Assembly: GCA_964016885.1 (NCBI GenBank)
Contig: OZ024743.1
Location: 262,570,001 to 262,634,000 of the forward strand
DNA length: 64,000 nt
DNA from: Eledone cirrhosa
Taxonomy: Eukaryota
Direction of reading: 5' to 3'
The notes under the pieces are model-generated. The model searched no databases, had not been told where the DNA came from, and saw only the letters and a program-made list of their open reading frames with translations. Below are positions 49,671-63,476 of this stretch, piece after piece (position 1 is the first letter of the stretch; every line of letters starts with the position of its first letter). A program made the position numbers and the translations under genes.

Positions 49671-49799
49671 TCACTGTAATAATAATGATGATACAACTAA
49701 TAATAACAGCAACAATAACAACATATATGATGATGATGATGATGAGAATGGGCTGGTGGTGGTTGTCTTATTCTTTATTTATGTGTGCCTCAAATACTC

Positions 49800-50360
49800 T
49801 AATAATAATACTTGTTTCTACTTTTGGCACAAGGCCAGCAATTACCCAGTGTATTACTGGTACTATTATTATCTAATGATAATAATAATTGTTTCTACTT
49901 TTGGCACAAGGCCAGCAATTACCCAGTGTATTACTGGTACTATTATTATCTAATGATAATAATAATTGTTTCTACTTTTGGCACAAGGCCAGCAATTATC
50001 CCAGTGTATTACTGGTACTATTATTATCTAATAATAATAATAATAATTGTTTCTACTTTTGGCACAAGGCCAGCAATTATCCAGTGTATTACTGGTACTA
50101 TTATTACCTAATAATAATAATAATTGTTTCTACTTTTGGCACAAGGCCAGCAATTATCCAGTGTATTACTGGTACTATTATTACCTAATAATAATAATAC
50201 TTGTTTCTACTTTTGGCACAAGGCCAGCAATTATCCAGTGTATTACTGGTACTATTATTACCTAATAATAATAATACTTGTTTCTACTTTTGGCACAAGG
50301 CCAGCAATTATCCAGTGTATTACTGGTACTATTATTACCTAATAATAATAATAATAATAA
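49800..50360 (-). repeat. 77-bp tandem array x7 made of the S1 SINE 3' end
   Basis: TTGTTTCTACTTTTGGCACAAGGCCAGCAATTA starts at 49812, 49889, 49966, 50047, 50124, 50201 and 50278. Confidence 0.95.
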
Positions 50361-50554
50361 TTAACCGAGATCTCTTTTATTCTTTCATTGCTTTATTTTT
50401 TTTGTTGTGGAAGCTATAAAATAGAATGTGGAGTGTGTATATGTATGTGATGTGTTGTTGTATAGGGTAGGATAAATAGTGTGGAATGTGTGGCACTGAG
50501 CAAGAGAGAAAAAGTGTGTGCAGGGGTTGGTAAGACTTGCAGGGTGTGTGCATG

Positions 50555-50739
50555 GATATATATATATATATAAACATATGTATATATATATATATGTATA
50601 TATATGTATATAAACATATGTATATATATATATATGTATATATATGTATATAAACATATGTATATATATATATATGTATATATATATAAACATATGTATA
50701 TATATATATATATATACATATGTTTATATATATATATAC

Positions 50740-50770
<31 letters not shown>

Positions 50771-50796
50771 CATATGTTTATATACATATATATACA

Positions 50797-50832
<36 letters not shown>

Positions 50833-50844
50833 CATATGTTTATA

Positions 50845-50876
<32 letters not shown>

Positions 50877-50972
50877 AACATACCTATATATATATATGTA
50901 TATATATGTATATATATAAACATATGTATATATATATATGTATATATATGTATATATATATGTATATATATG

Positions 50973-51041
<69 letters not shown>

Positions 51042-51048
51042 AAACATG

Positions 51049-51079
<31 letters not shown>

Positions 51080-51084
51080 GTATA

Positions 51085-51116
<32 letters not shown>

Positions 51117-51253
51117 AACATATGTATATATATATGTGTATATATATGTATATAAATATATGTATATGTGTGTGTGTGTATATATGTATATATATATATG
51201 TGTATATATATATGTGTGTCTGTGTGTATATATGTATATATATATAATATATA
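50555..51253. repeat. ~700-bp compound (TA)n/TATG/AAACATATG microsatellite
   Basis: Direct reading. Confidence 0.97.
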
Positions 51254-52148
51254 TTCAGAGAGTTCAGAGAGCTTATACCACTATTAGCTGCTAAAGGGTT
51301 CTCACTAAAAATGAAAGGCAGGTTGTACGATGCCTGCATACGAACAGCAATGCTGCATGGCAGTGAGACCTGGGCATTGTGTGCAGAGGATATACGCAGA
51401 CTAGAGAGGAACGAAGCTTGCATGCTCCGCTGGATGTGTAACAGTAATATACGTGAACGGCAAAGCATAAACGAACTAAGGAAAAAATTAGAGATAAGAG
51501 GGATCAGATGTTGTTTACTCGAGAGAAGGCTACGTTGGTATGGACACGTGATGCGCATGAAAGTCGATAGCTGTATAACAAAGTGCAGGGCAATAAAGAT
51601 AGACGGTAGTCACGGAATAGGCAGACCTAGAAAAACCTGGGACGAGCTGATAAACTCCGACATCACACACTTACACCTCTCCAAGACAATGTCACTGGAC
51701 CGAGACCTTTGGCGGTACTCAGTAACAGAGAAGACCCGCCTTACCTAAAAATATATAGTAAAACCTACTCCAGCCAGTAGGCATCTCTAACAAAATACAC
51801 CCCGTCCCACCACCACCACCCCCACCCGATCCACACCACCCCGTTCTATGTAAAGTTATGTTGGTGCCGCGCCATCGAGGCCGAAACAAATGAGATCGTG
51901 TAGGTGTCACGACAAAAAAACACACAGTCCACGCTGTAATGTGGCCGTGTAGGCAACACGGTAAAAACCTCCCAGACCCACACTGTAAATGTGGTTGGTG
52001 TTAGGAAGGGCATCCAACTGTAGAAAACCTGCCAGACAGTCCTATGCGAGCAAGACAATCACTCTTGCCTCAAGTGGGACTACCCCCGTCCAAACCCATG
52101 CAAGCGTGGAACACGGACGTTAAACGTTGATGATGATGATGATGATGA
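51254..52148 (+). mobile_element. Young 5'-truncated RTE LINE copy, closest relative of the intact element
   Basis: ORF 51311-51748 is nearly identical to the last 145 aa of 11775-15005, and it shares the TAAACGT(TGA)n tail variant. Confidence 0.95.
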
Positions 52149-52166
52149 TATATATAAAAATATGTG

Positions 52167-52197
<31 letters not shown>

Positions 52198-53839
52198 ATA
52201 TAGTATCTGTGGATGGGTATGTAGTGTGAGATGAGTATGGAGGGATAAAAATAATACATAAATATATATATATGTTTGTTTGTATATATTTGAAATGTGG
52301 TAATCAAAACACAGAAAATAACTGTAACAACAGTTGATTACTATAAATAATAGCTTTAGGAAAATCAGGTAAATTAGCCTCATATAGTGTGGTGGTGGAG
52401 GACTAGAAGAATACCCAGCATAGCCCAGGAATTAAAACACTAAATTGGTGGCCAATCTGTTGTGTTGAATGAGAATCATGGCAATTCTGCAAGAATATAT
52501 TATTTCAAACATGTTCATATTATTCCTTATGGACATAACAGGATTTGTTTCCTTTCTTAACATTTTTCTTGCATTTCTTATAACCAACTATAAAATAAAA
52601 CACACACACAAACACACTATATGTTTAAAATCATATATTTTGTGTATGAAAAATATGAAGTTAAATTGCAACAAGAATACCAGTAAAAAGCAAATAAACA
52701 GAAGTAATTTATGTAAAATATAAATTAAATGGATGAAACTTCCATATTAGGCACATGTATGGCTGTGTGGCTAAGTAATTTGTTTCACAATCACGGGGTT
52801 GTAGGTTCAGTCCCATTGCATGTCACTTTGTGCCAGTGTCCCCTACTATAACCTTGGATTACAATGGAATTTGGTAGATGGAAACTACAGAAGCCCATAG
52901 TATTTATTCCTAAACATGTGTTCAGGTAGGTATGAGGTAAAAAAATCATTGTTCATGTATACATGTGGTGAGCCAAAATTGGTTCTGTATGAGCAAGACA
53001 TGGTCACCTGACCTGGCATTGCTCACAACAGGGTAACTCGTTTAACCCATACCAGCATGGAAACATGGACGTTAAATGGTGATGATGATGATGTCTGTGT
53101 GTTTGTAAGCACATTCCCAATTAGGTGTTTGTGTGTGTGTTTGTGTGTTTTATATTATATATCTGACTTTTGAATATGTTTATGTGTGTTTCTCATTTTA
53201 TGTTTTGAATATGTTTATGTGTATCTGAGTTGGAATGAATACGAAAAGCCTGCTTCTGCCAATATACGAAAAGCCTGATTCTACCACTTTTTATACACTG
53301 AATTGATCTTTAGTAAATTCCTCACAGATAATTAATTACATTGTGGTAAATACATGGCCTGTAATTTCATCTAAAAGAAACCCCATCATAACTAAATACA
53401 TCATCACTAAGATTTTTATTTATAGAAAGAATATATCATATTAAAAATAGATTTTAACTAAATTGCATAAAAGAAAAATGCTAAAACAATTTTTTTTAAT
53501 AACAAAGAAAAGGAATTAAAACATTTCAAATACCAAACAAATAAATATAATTAAAAATCCAACTATAAATGCAATGAATTTCATTAATATAAATTCAAGT
53601 AAGCAATAGAAATTCAAATAAAAAGATGTTATGGCTCACACCTGTGTAGATTTAACCAACCTTTTATTAGATTGCATCTCACGGGAGGTTTCTCAGGTGT
53701 TATAATAATTGGAGCTTCAGTCCTATCATGACACCATTTTCCCAGTAACAAAGGGCAGGATAAGAGCTCAGAACATAAAGTAAGGAGTCAGAACAGATAC
53801 CACAAGACGTCATGTCCACTCTTGTAACAATTCCACTAA

Positions 53840-54047
53840 CCCTTTAGCATTTACATTACTTTATATTTACTATTGTATTTTTACGGTAAAGACTTTACCT
53901 CACATAATTATCTCATCTATGAGATGTTGATATCATTTATTTTGAGAACAATACCTTAATTTTGGATGAGCAGCCAGTTACAGCTGGTTTGAACAAAAGG
54001 TGGTGAGAGAATTCTGGCCAGATATGGCTGGTTTAAATGCTAAAGGG
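53840..54047. mobile_element. piggyBac-type MITE (further copies 56430-56637 inverted; ~62860-63050 degenerate)
   Basis: TIRs CCCTTTAGCATTTA / TAAATGCTAAAGGG with (C/T)TAA flanks. Confidence 0.85.
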
Positions 54048-55775
54048 TTAACCCACCACTCAAGAATGCTACTATTAATTGTCTCCAAAAGGATCAAAAA
54101 CAAAGTTGGTTTTGGTGAGATTTGAAATCAGAGCACAAATAGCCAGAATGAATACCATAAGGTATTTAGTTTGACACTAATGACCTCACTGATTTTCTGC
54201 CTTAAAAATAAAATGATGAAACTCTTTTAGATCAAAGGGAGGCAGAAACATTCTAAAAAGACAAATCCTCAATGAGATTATTTTTCTTATTTCACATGAT
54301 GCGCTAAATAGGGTGATAAATGTGGAGCAGCAAGAAGGCTGTAAAGAATAGCCATAAAAATGTTTGGTTCGGTGGATGAGCAGAGTTTCACTGAAAAAGA
54401 GAGGAGGGGATTGCAGAATATGATGGGTGAGAAAAATAAAGTCAGTGATGAATGTGACAAGAAATAGAAAAAGATGGCTTGGTTAGGTGTTAAAGAAAGA
54501 TGGAAGTGACTAGGTGAGATGAATGTTGAAAATGAATGTGGAGAATAAAGACATGGCTTAAGATGATGGTGTAGAAAATGAAAACCATAAGGTTGGTGAG
54601 GGAGAATGCAGAGGATGGTCAAAATAAAGAAGCTTGTCTTGGAGCCAACAAGTCTAACCCCTACTTTAACAAGAAAAATGGCTTTGGTTGGCTTATTGTT
54701 TTTGTGTTACATTTTCTCATTTCATTAACTTATATCATAACATACTGATAGTCATTTTAATGACATAATGTTTTTTAACTTTTTAACTGTCAAAGAAAAG
54801 TATGTAGATTATAAAAATGGAAACTGCTATAGTGATTTAATGTAAAAAATTTAAGATAAAACATAGTATTTCGGTTAACAAAAAGAATTATTCTGTGAAT
54901 AAAAAAAAAATACAAAAAAAAAACTTTTGATAAATTTACCAACAATGTATTTACTTGTGGTGGTATTATATGTGGTGCATTACTCTTCTGCTTGACTAAG
55001 TGGTAAAACAATAATTGCAGTGAAAAAATCATTGTGTTGGAACAACTGGAACATATTTCAGTGGAATTAATGGAATTTAACATGCTAATCAATTGAAATG
55101 ACCAACCTTCTTTCCAATTTGGTCAAGGATGTTTGTATGTGTAAGAGCAACATGATCACATAGATGTGAGCAGTACTCCATTGTGAGATTTACTTGAGCT
55201 TAGTACAGTGTTAGACATTGAACAAACTGAAGGAATTTCTAGTCTTTATGGATGAAGTTTTGTCAATAATATATGATGGATCTTCCATTCGTTTCAACAA
55301 TGAGTATTCCACTGTTATATCAACTGAATGTCTAACTTGTGAATTAATATAAAAGTGAGTGAGTGTTCCAGATATGTGTACCCTTAATGTAATTCCCAAG
55401 CCAAACCAAATCAGTGTGACAGTATGTGACAAGGCTGGACCTTTGAATTATAGATACAATCAATCTAATGGGCATCCACCGAGTTTCTATCTACCCAGTT
55501 TCACTCACAAGGCTTGAGTTGATTTGAGGCCATGGTAAAGACACTTGTCAAAGATTCCATGCAGTAGGATAGAACCTGGGAACTTATGATTGCAAAGTGA
55601 ATTTCTTCACCACTTAACCATACCTATGTACATTAAGAAGTGAAAGAGAAGGAGATTAAAAATGTGACTCTGAATTCTTGTCCACAGCACTCTGCTGCTC
55701 ATGAAATACTGTACCTTATACTTACACTGGAAGGTAAGACTACTGAATATACAAATGATCAATATTATATATCTA

Positions 55776-55960
55776 GGTGGATTGGCAGTATCGGTAGAGG
55801 GTCGGATGCCATGCTTTGACGTATAGAGTTATGGCCCTTGCCATTTTGAGTTCAAATCCCGCCGAGGTTAACTTTGCCTTTCACCCTTATGGGGTCGATA
55901 AAATAAAGTACCAGTAATACACTGGGTAATTGCTGGCCTTATGCCAAAAGTAGAAACAAT
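55776..55960 (+). mobile_element. S1 SINE with a 17-bp target-site duplication
   Basis: ATTATATATCTAGGTGG at 55764-55780 and 55959-55975. Confidence 0.92.
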
Positions 55961-56429
55961 TATATATCTAGGTGGGATCAACATGTAGGCACCATCAATA
56001 ACCATTATAAAATTCTTGAACTAATTGGCATTTGAAAAGAGAATTTTGAAGATAAAATTACATATTTATTTATTTATATAATGTTAAACAATGAAAGAAT
56101 AAGAAAAACAGAGATCTTATTTAATTCAATGTTTTGATTGTTTCAGAGAGCAAAGTATCAATGTGTAGAGTAATGGTTGTTATGTAATTCCATATCATCA
56201 ACCTTAAAAAAGCACATCTCTGCTATTATTCCTCAGAAACAATGGATTTGACTTTTATTAATTAGATGAATAATCAGATAACATGGGAGGAAAAGAGTAA
56301 TGAATAAATTAAGGCAGATAAAAGATTAAATAAACAAGATAATATTCACGAAAGTATGTATGAACACAACTTCTGGTAGAGTCATAGGTGTACCATAGTG
56401 TTGAACAGTATTTCTTGGACATTTTTTAA

Positions 56430-56637
56430 CCCTTTCGTATTTAAACCAGCCATATCTGGCCAGAAATCTCTCATCTCTTTCTGTTCAAACCGCCCATAAC
56501 TGGCTGCTCATATTGGTGTTAACATATTGTTCTTAAAATAAATAATATCAAAATCTCATAGATTCGATATTATGTGAGATAAAGTATTTGCTGTGAAAAT
56601 ACAATAGTAAATATAGGGTAATGTAAATACTAAAGGG
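56430..56637. mobile_element. piggyBac-type MITE
   Basis: TTAA-CCCTTT...TAAAGGG-TTAA; reverse complement of 53840-54047. Confidence 0.85.
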
Positions 56638-57254
56638 TTAAACCTGGCAGAGCCCATCTTTTCTCCAGATCTGAACAGCCTCTTTCATCCAGAGAAGGAG
56701 AGAGAGTGATAGAAACAAGAAGTAAGAAGGAGATATAGAGGAATAAACAACCCCAGTACTGGACTGGTATTTTTTTATCAACCTTGAAAAGATGAAAGGT
56801 AAAGTTGACCTGGGCAGGAATTGAACTCAGAGTGCAGAGAGCTGGAACGAATACTGCAATGCATTCTATCTGATGTTCTAATGTCTCTGCCAATTTGCTG
56901 CCTTTTCAAGAAAGTATATAAATATATAAATAAACAAATATAATGAAATAAATTAATGCAAAATATTTAAGAATGAGTAGGATGGTAAATTATATTTAGA
57001 TTGCAAGAGAGATTTCTTTAACTTCGTTTTTTTCTTTTTCTTTTTCTTTTTCTTTTTCTTTTTCTTTTTCTTTTTCTTTTTCGTCCAGTAAGTTAAAATA
57101 TTTTTTTTTGCTAAAATATGAAATTTTTAAGTATATTTTCAAATATCTTGCATAACTGAAAGTTAATATAACCTCCAACTTCACTTTTAGATGAGTAAAA
57201 CAGCTGAACTGCTATTGTAAACTGTGAATGTTGTACCATCAGTGTTATCATTAG

Positions 57255-59000
57255 TGTCATCACCATCATTGTCACCTCACCACCACTACTGTCATCTCCA
57301 CCACTGTCATCATCATCACCTTCTCCATCACCACTGTCATCATCATCATCACCACCACCACTGTCATCATCACCATCATCACCAACACCACTGTCATCAT
57401 CACCTCCACCGCTGTCATCACCATCATGCCTACCTCCATAACCACTGTCAGCACCACCATCACCACCACCACCACTCTCATCCTCACCATCACCATTTCC
57501 ACCACCACCACAGTCATCATCATCATCACCTTCACCACCTCACTGTCATCACTACCACCACCACCATCACCACCACCACCACTGTCATCATCATCATCGC
57601 CTTCACCATTACCACAGTGAATGTTATGCCATCAGTGTTGCCACCATCATCACCACTACCACCACTGCCACCACCACCACTGCCACCACCATCACCACCT
57701 CCACTGCCACCATCATCATCACCACCACTGCCACCACCATCACCACCACCACTGCCACTACCATCATCACCACCACCACTGCCATCACCATCATCACCAC
57801 TGCCACCACCATCACCACTGCCACCACCATCACCACCACCACTGCCATCACCATCACCACCACTGCCACCACCATCACCACCACCACTGCTACCACCATC
57901 ACCACCACCACTGCCACCACCACCATCACCACCACCACTGCCACCACTCCACCATCATCACCACTGCCACCACCATCACCACCACCACTGCCATCACCAT
58001 CACCACCACTGCCACCACCATCACCACCACCACTGCTACCACCATCACCACCACCACTGCCACCACCACCATCACCACCACCACTGCCACCACCATCACC
58101 ACTGCCACCACTCCACCATCATCACCACTGCCACCACCATCACCACCACCACTGCCGCCACCACCACTACCACCACCATCACCACCTCCACCACTCCACC
58201 ATCATCACCACTGCCACCACCATCATCACCACCACCACTGCCACCACCATCACCACCATCACCACTGCCACCACCACTGCCATCACCACCACCACCACTG
58301 CCACCACCATCATCACCACCACCACTGCCACCACCACTGCCATCACCACCACCACCACTGCCACCACCATCATCACCACCACCACTGCCATCACCACCAC
58401 CACCACTGCCACCACCATCACCACCACCACTGCCACCATCAATATAAGACTACCTCCACAACCATTATCACTAAAACCATCACCACCACCACCATCATCT
58501 TTATCACTAAGACAATGTTGAAGAGGATGATGATGATGATGATGATGATGATGGGGATGATGATGATGATGGTGAGAATGACGGTGATGGTGATGGTGAT
58601 GATGATGATGATGATGAAGAAGAAGAGAAGGGTGATGATGAATGGTGATGATGACACTGATTATGATAAGATACCCAGAATTTGATTCAAGCTACAACTC
58701 TTCTAATTAGTAGATAAATGAATTATTTATTTACCTCTTTTTTTTATAAATAGAATTATTTTGTTGTTGTTGTTGTTGTTGTTGTTAACATCTAACATAA
58801 TGATAAGAACGTTGGTGATAGTGATCATGGTGATGATGATGATGATGAGGAGGAGGATAATAATTTTGATGATGGCAGTGGTGATGGTGGTGGTGATGTT
58901 AATGATGATGATAAGAATGTTGATGATGATGATGATGATAAACATGTTGATAGTGATGATAATGATGATAGTGATGATGATGATACAGATGATAATAAAA

Positions 59001-59053
<53 letters not shown>

Positions 59054-59990
59054 AAGATAAGATAACCAGATCTCAGTTCAAACCATTTCTATTCTAAAAT
59101 TTGTTAACAGATAATTTACCACTTTTTTAATGAATAGAATTGGCATTTTTTCCCTCATACATTAACTATGGTGATGATGGTGGTGACGGGCTGGTGGTGG
59201 TGGTGGTATTGTTGATGGTGGTATGAGATGAAGATGATGATAATGATGGTAATGATGATGACAATGGTGGTCGTGGTGGTAGGGTTGATGAGGATGGTGT
59301 TGATGATAAGCTACCAAGATTTTGATTCAGATGATTTCTTTAAAACTTGATAACAGATAATTTTCCATATACTTTTACAAATAGAATTACTCTTTTAGAA
59401 TTACAAATAGAATTACAAATAGAATTACTCTTTTACTTTCTTTATCTGACACCTACCGTGATGATGATGATGATGATGATGGATGTTTGTGATGATGGAT
59501 GTTGATGGTAATGGGTCTTGATGATGATAATGATGATAGTAGTGTTGTTGTTGATGGTGATGAAGGTGGGTGGCATAATGGTTAGTGAATTGGATTTGCA
59601 ATCATGAGGTGGTGAGTTTGATTCCCAGAGTGGGCAATGTGTTACATCCTTGAGCAAGACACTTTATTTCATGTTGTTCTTTCTGTCAGGAGTTGCAACT
59701 AGTAGATAGTATCAGCAATGGAAAGACCAATGGAAACATTGTTTTCTTGGTTTGATTTGACGTGGTCTACCCAACTCACTAAGTGAATGAGGTCTGGGAT
59801 CTTGTCTATTGATCTTTCTTCTCTTCTTCTTCATGATAATGATAGTAGTGTTGTCGATGATGATGATGATAGTAGTGTTGTTGTTGATGATGATAGTAGT
59901 GTTGTTGTCGATGGTGATGCTGATAGTGATAGTGGTGATAGTGATAGTGATAGTGTTGTTGATGATGATGATGATAATGATGAATGCTAA
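57255..59990. repeat. CCA/CAT low-complexity tract (57255-58500) followed by (GAT)n tracts
   Basis: Trinucleotide-based composition; gives His/Pro/Thr- and Met/Val-rich ORFs in several frames. Confidence 0.93.
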
Positions 59991-60059
59991 TAAGATACTC
60001 AGAATTTAGTTCAATCCATTCCTCACCCAAACCTTATTAATAGTTAATTGACAACATCT

Positions 60060-61008
60060 TGTAAGGACCCAGTAAGACAAGGGGTGATGTGGTGGTGGAA
60101 TGATAAGGTAGATAAAGCCATAAAAACAAAAAGGCAAGCCTGGAGAGACTGGAAGAAAGGGCAGGTGCCAGGTGTACCTATCAAGGGCAATGGCAGAAAA
60201 GAAGGAATTTGCTCATGTTCTGCATCGTGAAGATCAGAGGCATGAAGTGTTTCGGATTGTGAGACCATGTAATTAGGGACAGAATATCGTGGTATGGTTT
60301 GGGAAAAGTGTATTCGAAATGATAGTGGAGCACTTACCCTGTCTGTTGCTGGCTGAAAAGTAAGAAGCATGGAAGACTAAATATAAGAGGCTGCTAAATG
60401 AAGAGAATTAATGGGACAGTGAAGGCCTACCCCATGTAAATTCAACTGAGGGTCCAGCTATAAAAGTTGACGGCAGTTCGATAGCTAAAGCAATTAAGGA
60501 CATAAAGGTAGGGAAGGCAGCTAAACCAACTGGTATAGTTGCTGAGATGCTAAAAGCATCTGGCATGGTAGGATATTTGCTAGTCAGAAGCATAGTTAAT
60601 CAAGTAGTACAAGAAAGGGTCATACCCAAAGGCTGGCACAGAAATATCATTGTAAATTGCTACAAGGGCAAAGGAGAAGCTCTAGAGAGAAGTAAGTATA
60701 GAGGTATCAAGTTGATAGACCAGGTCAGGAAAATTGCTGAAAAGGTTCTAGCACAACTAATTAGGGACAGAAGTTAGATGAGATGCAATTTAAATATTTA
60801 AATTAATGCCAGGCAGGAGTACTATTGATGTGCTCTTTATAGTGAGACAGTTGCAGGAAAGGTACTTTAGTAAGTCACTGTATCTGGCTTTGGTAAATGT
60901 AAAGAAAGCCTTTGACAGGATCCCACACTCTATAATCTGGTGGGCTCTTAGGAAGTTAGGTGTAGATGAATGGCTTGTGAAGACCATGCAGGCTATGTAT
61001 AAAGTAGA
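60060..61008 (+). mobile_element. Old internal RTE LINE fragment (RT N-terminal half)
   Basis: WWWN, AEMLKASG, NCYKGKG, AFDRIP and WALRKLGVDEWLV, with stops and frameshifts. Confidence 0.9.
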
Positions 61009-61499
61009 AACCACACACATCCATGCACATATATATACATACATATAAATACACATACACATAAATATACATACATGCACACACACACACATATATATGT
61101 ATGTATGTAAAAGTTAAACAGAAATAACAACACAATCGGTACAGTATATGGAAGGAATATATTAGGTTATATATATATACACACACACATACACGGAGAC
61201 ATACATGGAGGGTTATTGTTCTTATGTTTGATAGTGCAATACCAGTTAAAACAATTTTTTACAGAGATGGTAAACCATGGATCATTCTCAAATAATGTTC
61301 TGTTCCTTTTTTGATCATTACCAGTGTTCCTATAATCGCTGGTATTGTAACGGCATTGAGGTATCACATTTTTTCAATTTCAATGAGCAAATCTTTATAT
61401 TTTCTGAGCTTGTCAAATTCTTTTGTCTTGATATTGTGATCACATGGGATACTCATATCAATTAATAAACAGACTTTGATATGTTAGTCTTTTACAATT

Positions 61500-62025
61500 A
61501 TTTCAAGGTCGATAAAATAAAGCATCAGTAATACACTGGGGTCAATTTAGTCGACTTTCCCCTCCCCTTCAAATTGCTGGCCTTGTGTCTAAAGTAGAAA
61601 CAATTATTATTATTATTATTATTGGCAGTATCGGCAAAGTGTCGGACACCATGCTTTTCAATATATAGTTACATCCTTTTATGTTCTGAGTTCAAATCCC
61701 ACCGAAGTTAGCTTTGCCTTTCATCCTTACAGGGTCGATAAATAGTAATGCACTGGGGGTCGATTTAATCCCCCCCCCCCAAAAAAAAATTGTGCCTTGT
61801 GCCTCAATCAGATACTATTATTATTATTAAAGTGGTGGATTGGCAGTATTGGTAGAGGATCGGACGCCATGCTTTGACGCATAGAGTTACGGCCCTTGCC
61901 ATTCTGAGTTCAAATCCCGCTGAGGTTAACTTTACCTTTCATCCTTATGGGGTCGATAAAATAAAGTACCAGTAATGCACTGGGTAATTGCTGGCCTTAT
62001 GCCAAAAGTAGAAACAATTATTACT
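61500..62025 (+). mobile_element. Three head-to-tail S1 SINEs, each following the previous (ATT)n tail
   Basis: Units at ~61500-61620, 61622-61830 and 61832-62025. Confidence 0.9.
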
Positions 62026-62089
62026 ATTATCTTTTTAGACCCTCATTGATGTACCGGTTCATAACAAGATGATATGGTTTCTCCTCCTC

Positions 62090-62625
62090 CTCCTTCTTCT
62101 TCTTCTTTTTCTTTTTCTTTTTTTTCTTCTTCTTCACCCACTTATTCATGAAAAGGTTGTGGGGGAAGAGTCCTCAAACACTCCTTCCAGTGGGTCCTGT
62201 AGGAGGAACCACTTCGAAGCTCATGGATGTTATCCAACCATTTTGCTCAGGGTCTACCTCTGGGTATTGAACCAGCTGGTTGTGCTCATAATATCTGTCC
62301 ACCAATTCTTTCCTGAGACATTTTAACCACATGCCCATAGTATTGGAGTTATGATCTCTCAATTTCAAAGAAGTAGCGGCTCTACCTGGAGTGACTCTCT
62401 GATCTCCAAGCTATGCACTCTATCACGTAACATTACTCCAAAGACCTTTCGGAGGAACCCCATTTCAGCTGCTTGTATTCTTTTGGTCCTTACCCACGAT
62501 TCATGACCATAGGTAAGGGTTGGCACAAATACTGAATTGAAGATAGCAAGTTTGACTTTTATACCTATCTGCCTTCTTCTGATTACCAAATGGTGAAGCT
62601 GGCACATTACTGCACTTGCTCCTGC
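62090..62625 (-). mobile_element. Expander/Rex3-like RTE 3' fragment (inverted partner at 63070-63475)
   Basis: VPTLTYGHESWV...IQAAEMGFLRKV...LRDRV...IRESLQVEPLLL. Confidence 0.85.
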
Positions 62626-63476
62626 AATTAAATGGTTCCAAATGATAATCTTTTTTTCTATCATAACAGTTAATAGCAAGAATTGAATGTAAACAGAGTT
62701 GTCCCATAAGAAAATATATTTATACATACTTTGAGATAATGTAAATATTGACATAGTAACAATGTCTCCAAGTATCAAAACCAGTCTCCACCAGGAAGAA
62801 TACAATATTGATTCTTTTGATTACCATGTTTCTAATTACATACACTATATTTCAATTAATTAACTCTTAAATTTAAACCGGCTGTATCCAGCTACAATTT
62901 TCTCACCTGTTTCTGTTCAAACTGGCCACTTATACTGATGTTAAGGCATTGTTCTCAAAATAAATAATTTCAAAGTCTCATAGATTCAATATTATGTGAA
63001 ATAATTAATATAATATTATATATAGAGTAATGCAGTTACTAAAGTATTAATGAAGAAGAGAAATGAGTGTAAAAGCCAAACTTATCCTCAATTCAGTTTT
63101 CGATACTACCTTTACCTATGGTCATGAATCTTGGGTAATGACCAAAAGAATACAATTGCAAATACAAGTAGTCAAAATGGGGTTCCTCTGAAGGGTCTTT
63201 CTTCCAGATAGAGCCATTACTTCACTGAATTGAAAGATCACAGCTCTGATACTACACACATTTTGTAAGCACATCTAAAGAAAGAATTGCTGGACAAATT
63301 TTGCAGGTAAAGCTAACAGGCAGGAGACCCAGAGGTAGACCAAGAGCAAGTTTGTTGAATAACATCCATAAACTCTGTTGGACTTGCTTGGGGATCCAGC
63401 TGGATCATTTGTAGATGGTTGTGTCTGATAGGACCCTCAGGAACATATATTGAAAGGCTCTGCTCTCATGACCCTC

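Noticed and set aside
49800-50360. CRISPR-like regular array
   Set aside because: The sequence between repeats is the same AAT-rich tract each time rather than unique spacers. The unit is a SINE end, the context is eukaryotic and there are no cas genes.
50377-51558. Many Tyr/Ile-rich ORFs
   Set aside because: Translations of (TA)n microsatellite; the same applies to the similar short ORFs throughout the window.
54930-55345. Coding-looking unique sequence on the minus strand
   Set aside because: It needs several frameshifts to stay open and shows no recognisable domain.
57224-58685. His-rich or extensin-like Pro-rich proteins
   Set aside because: CCA/CAT low-complexity DNA. The amino-acid pattern switches frame mid-ORF, as expected for non-coding slippage.
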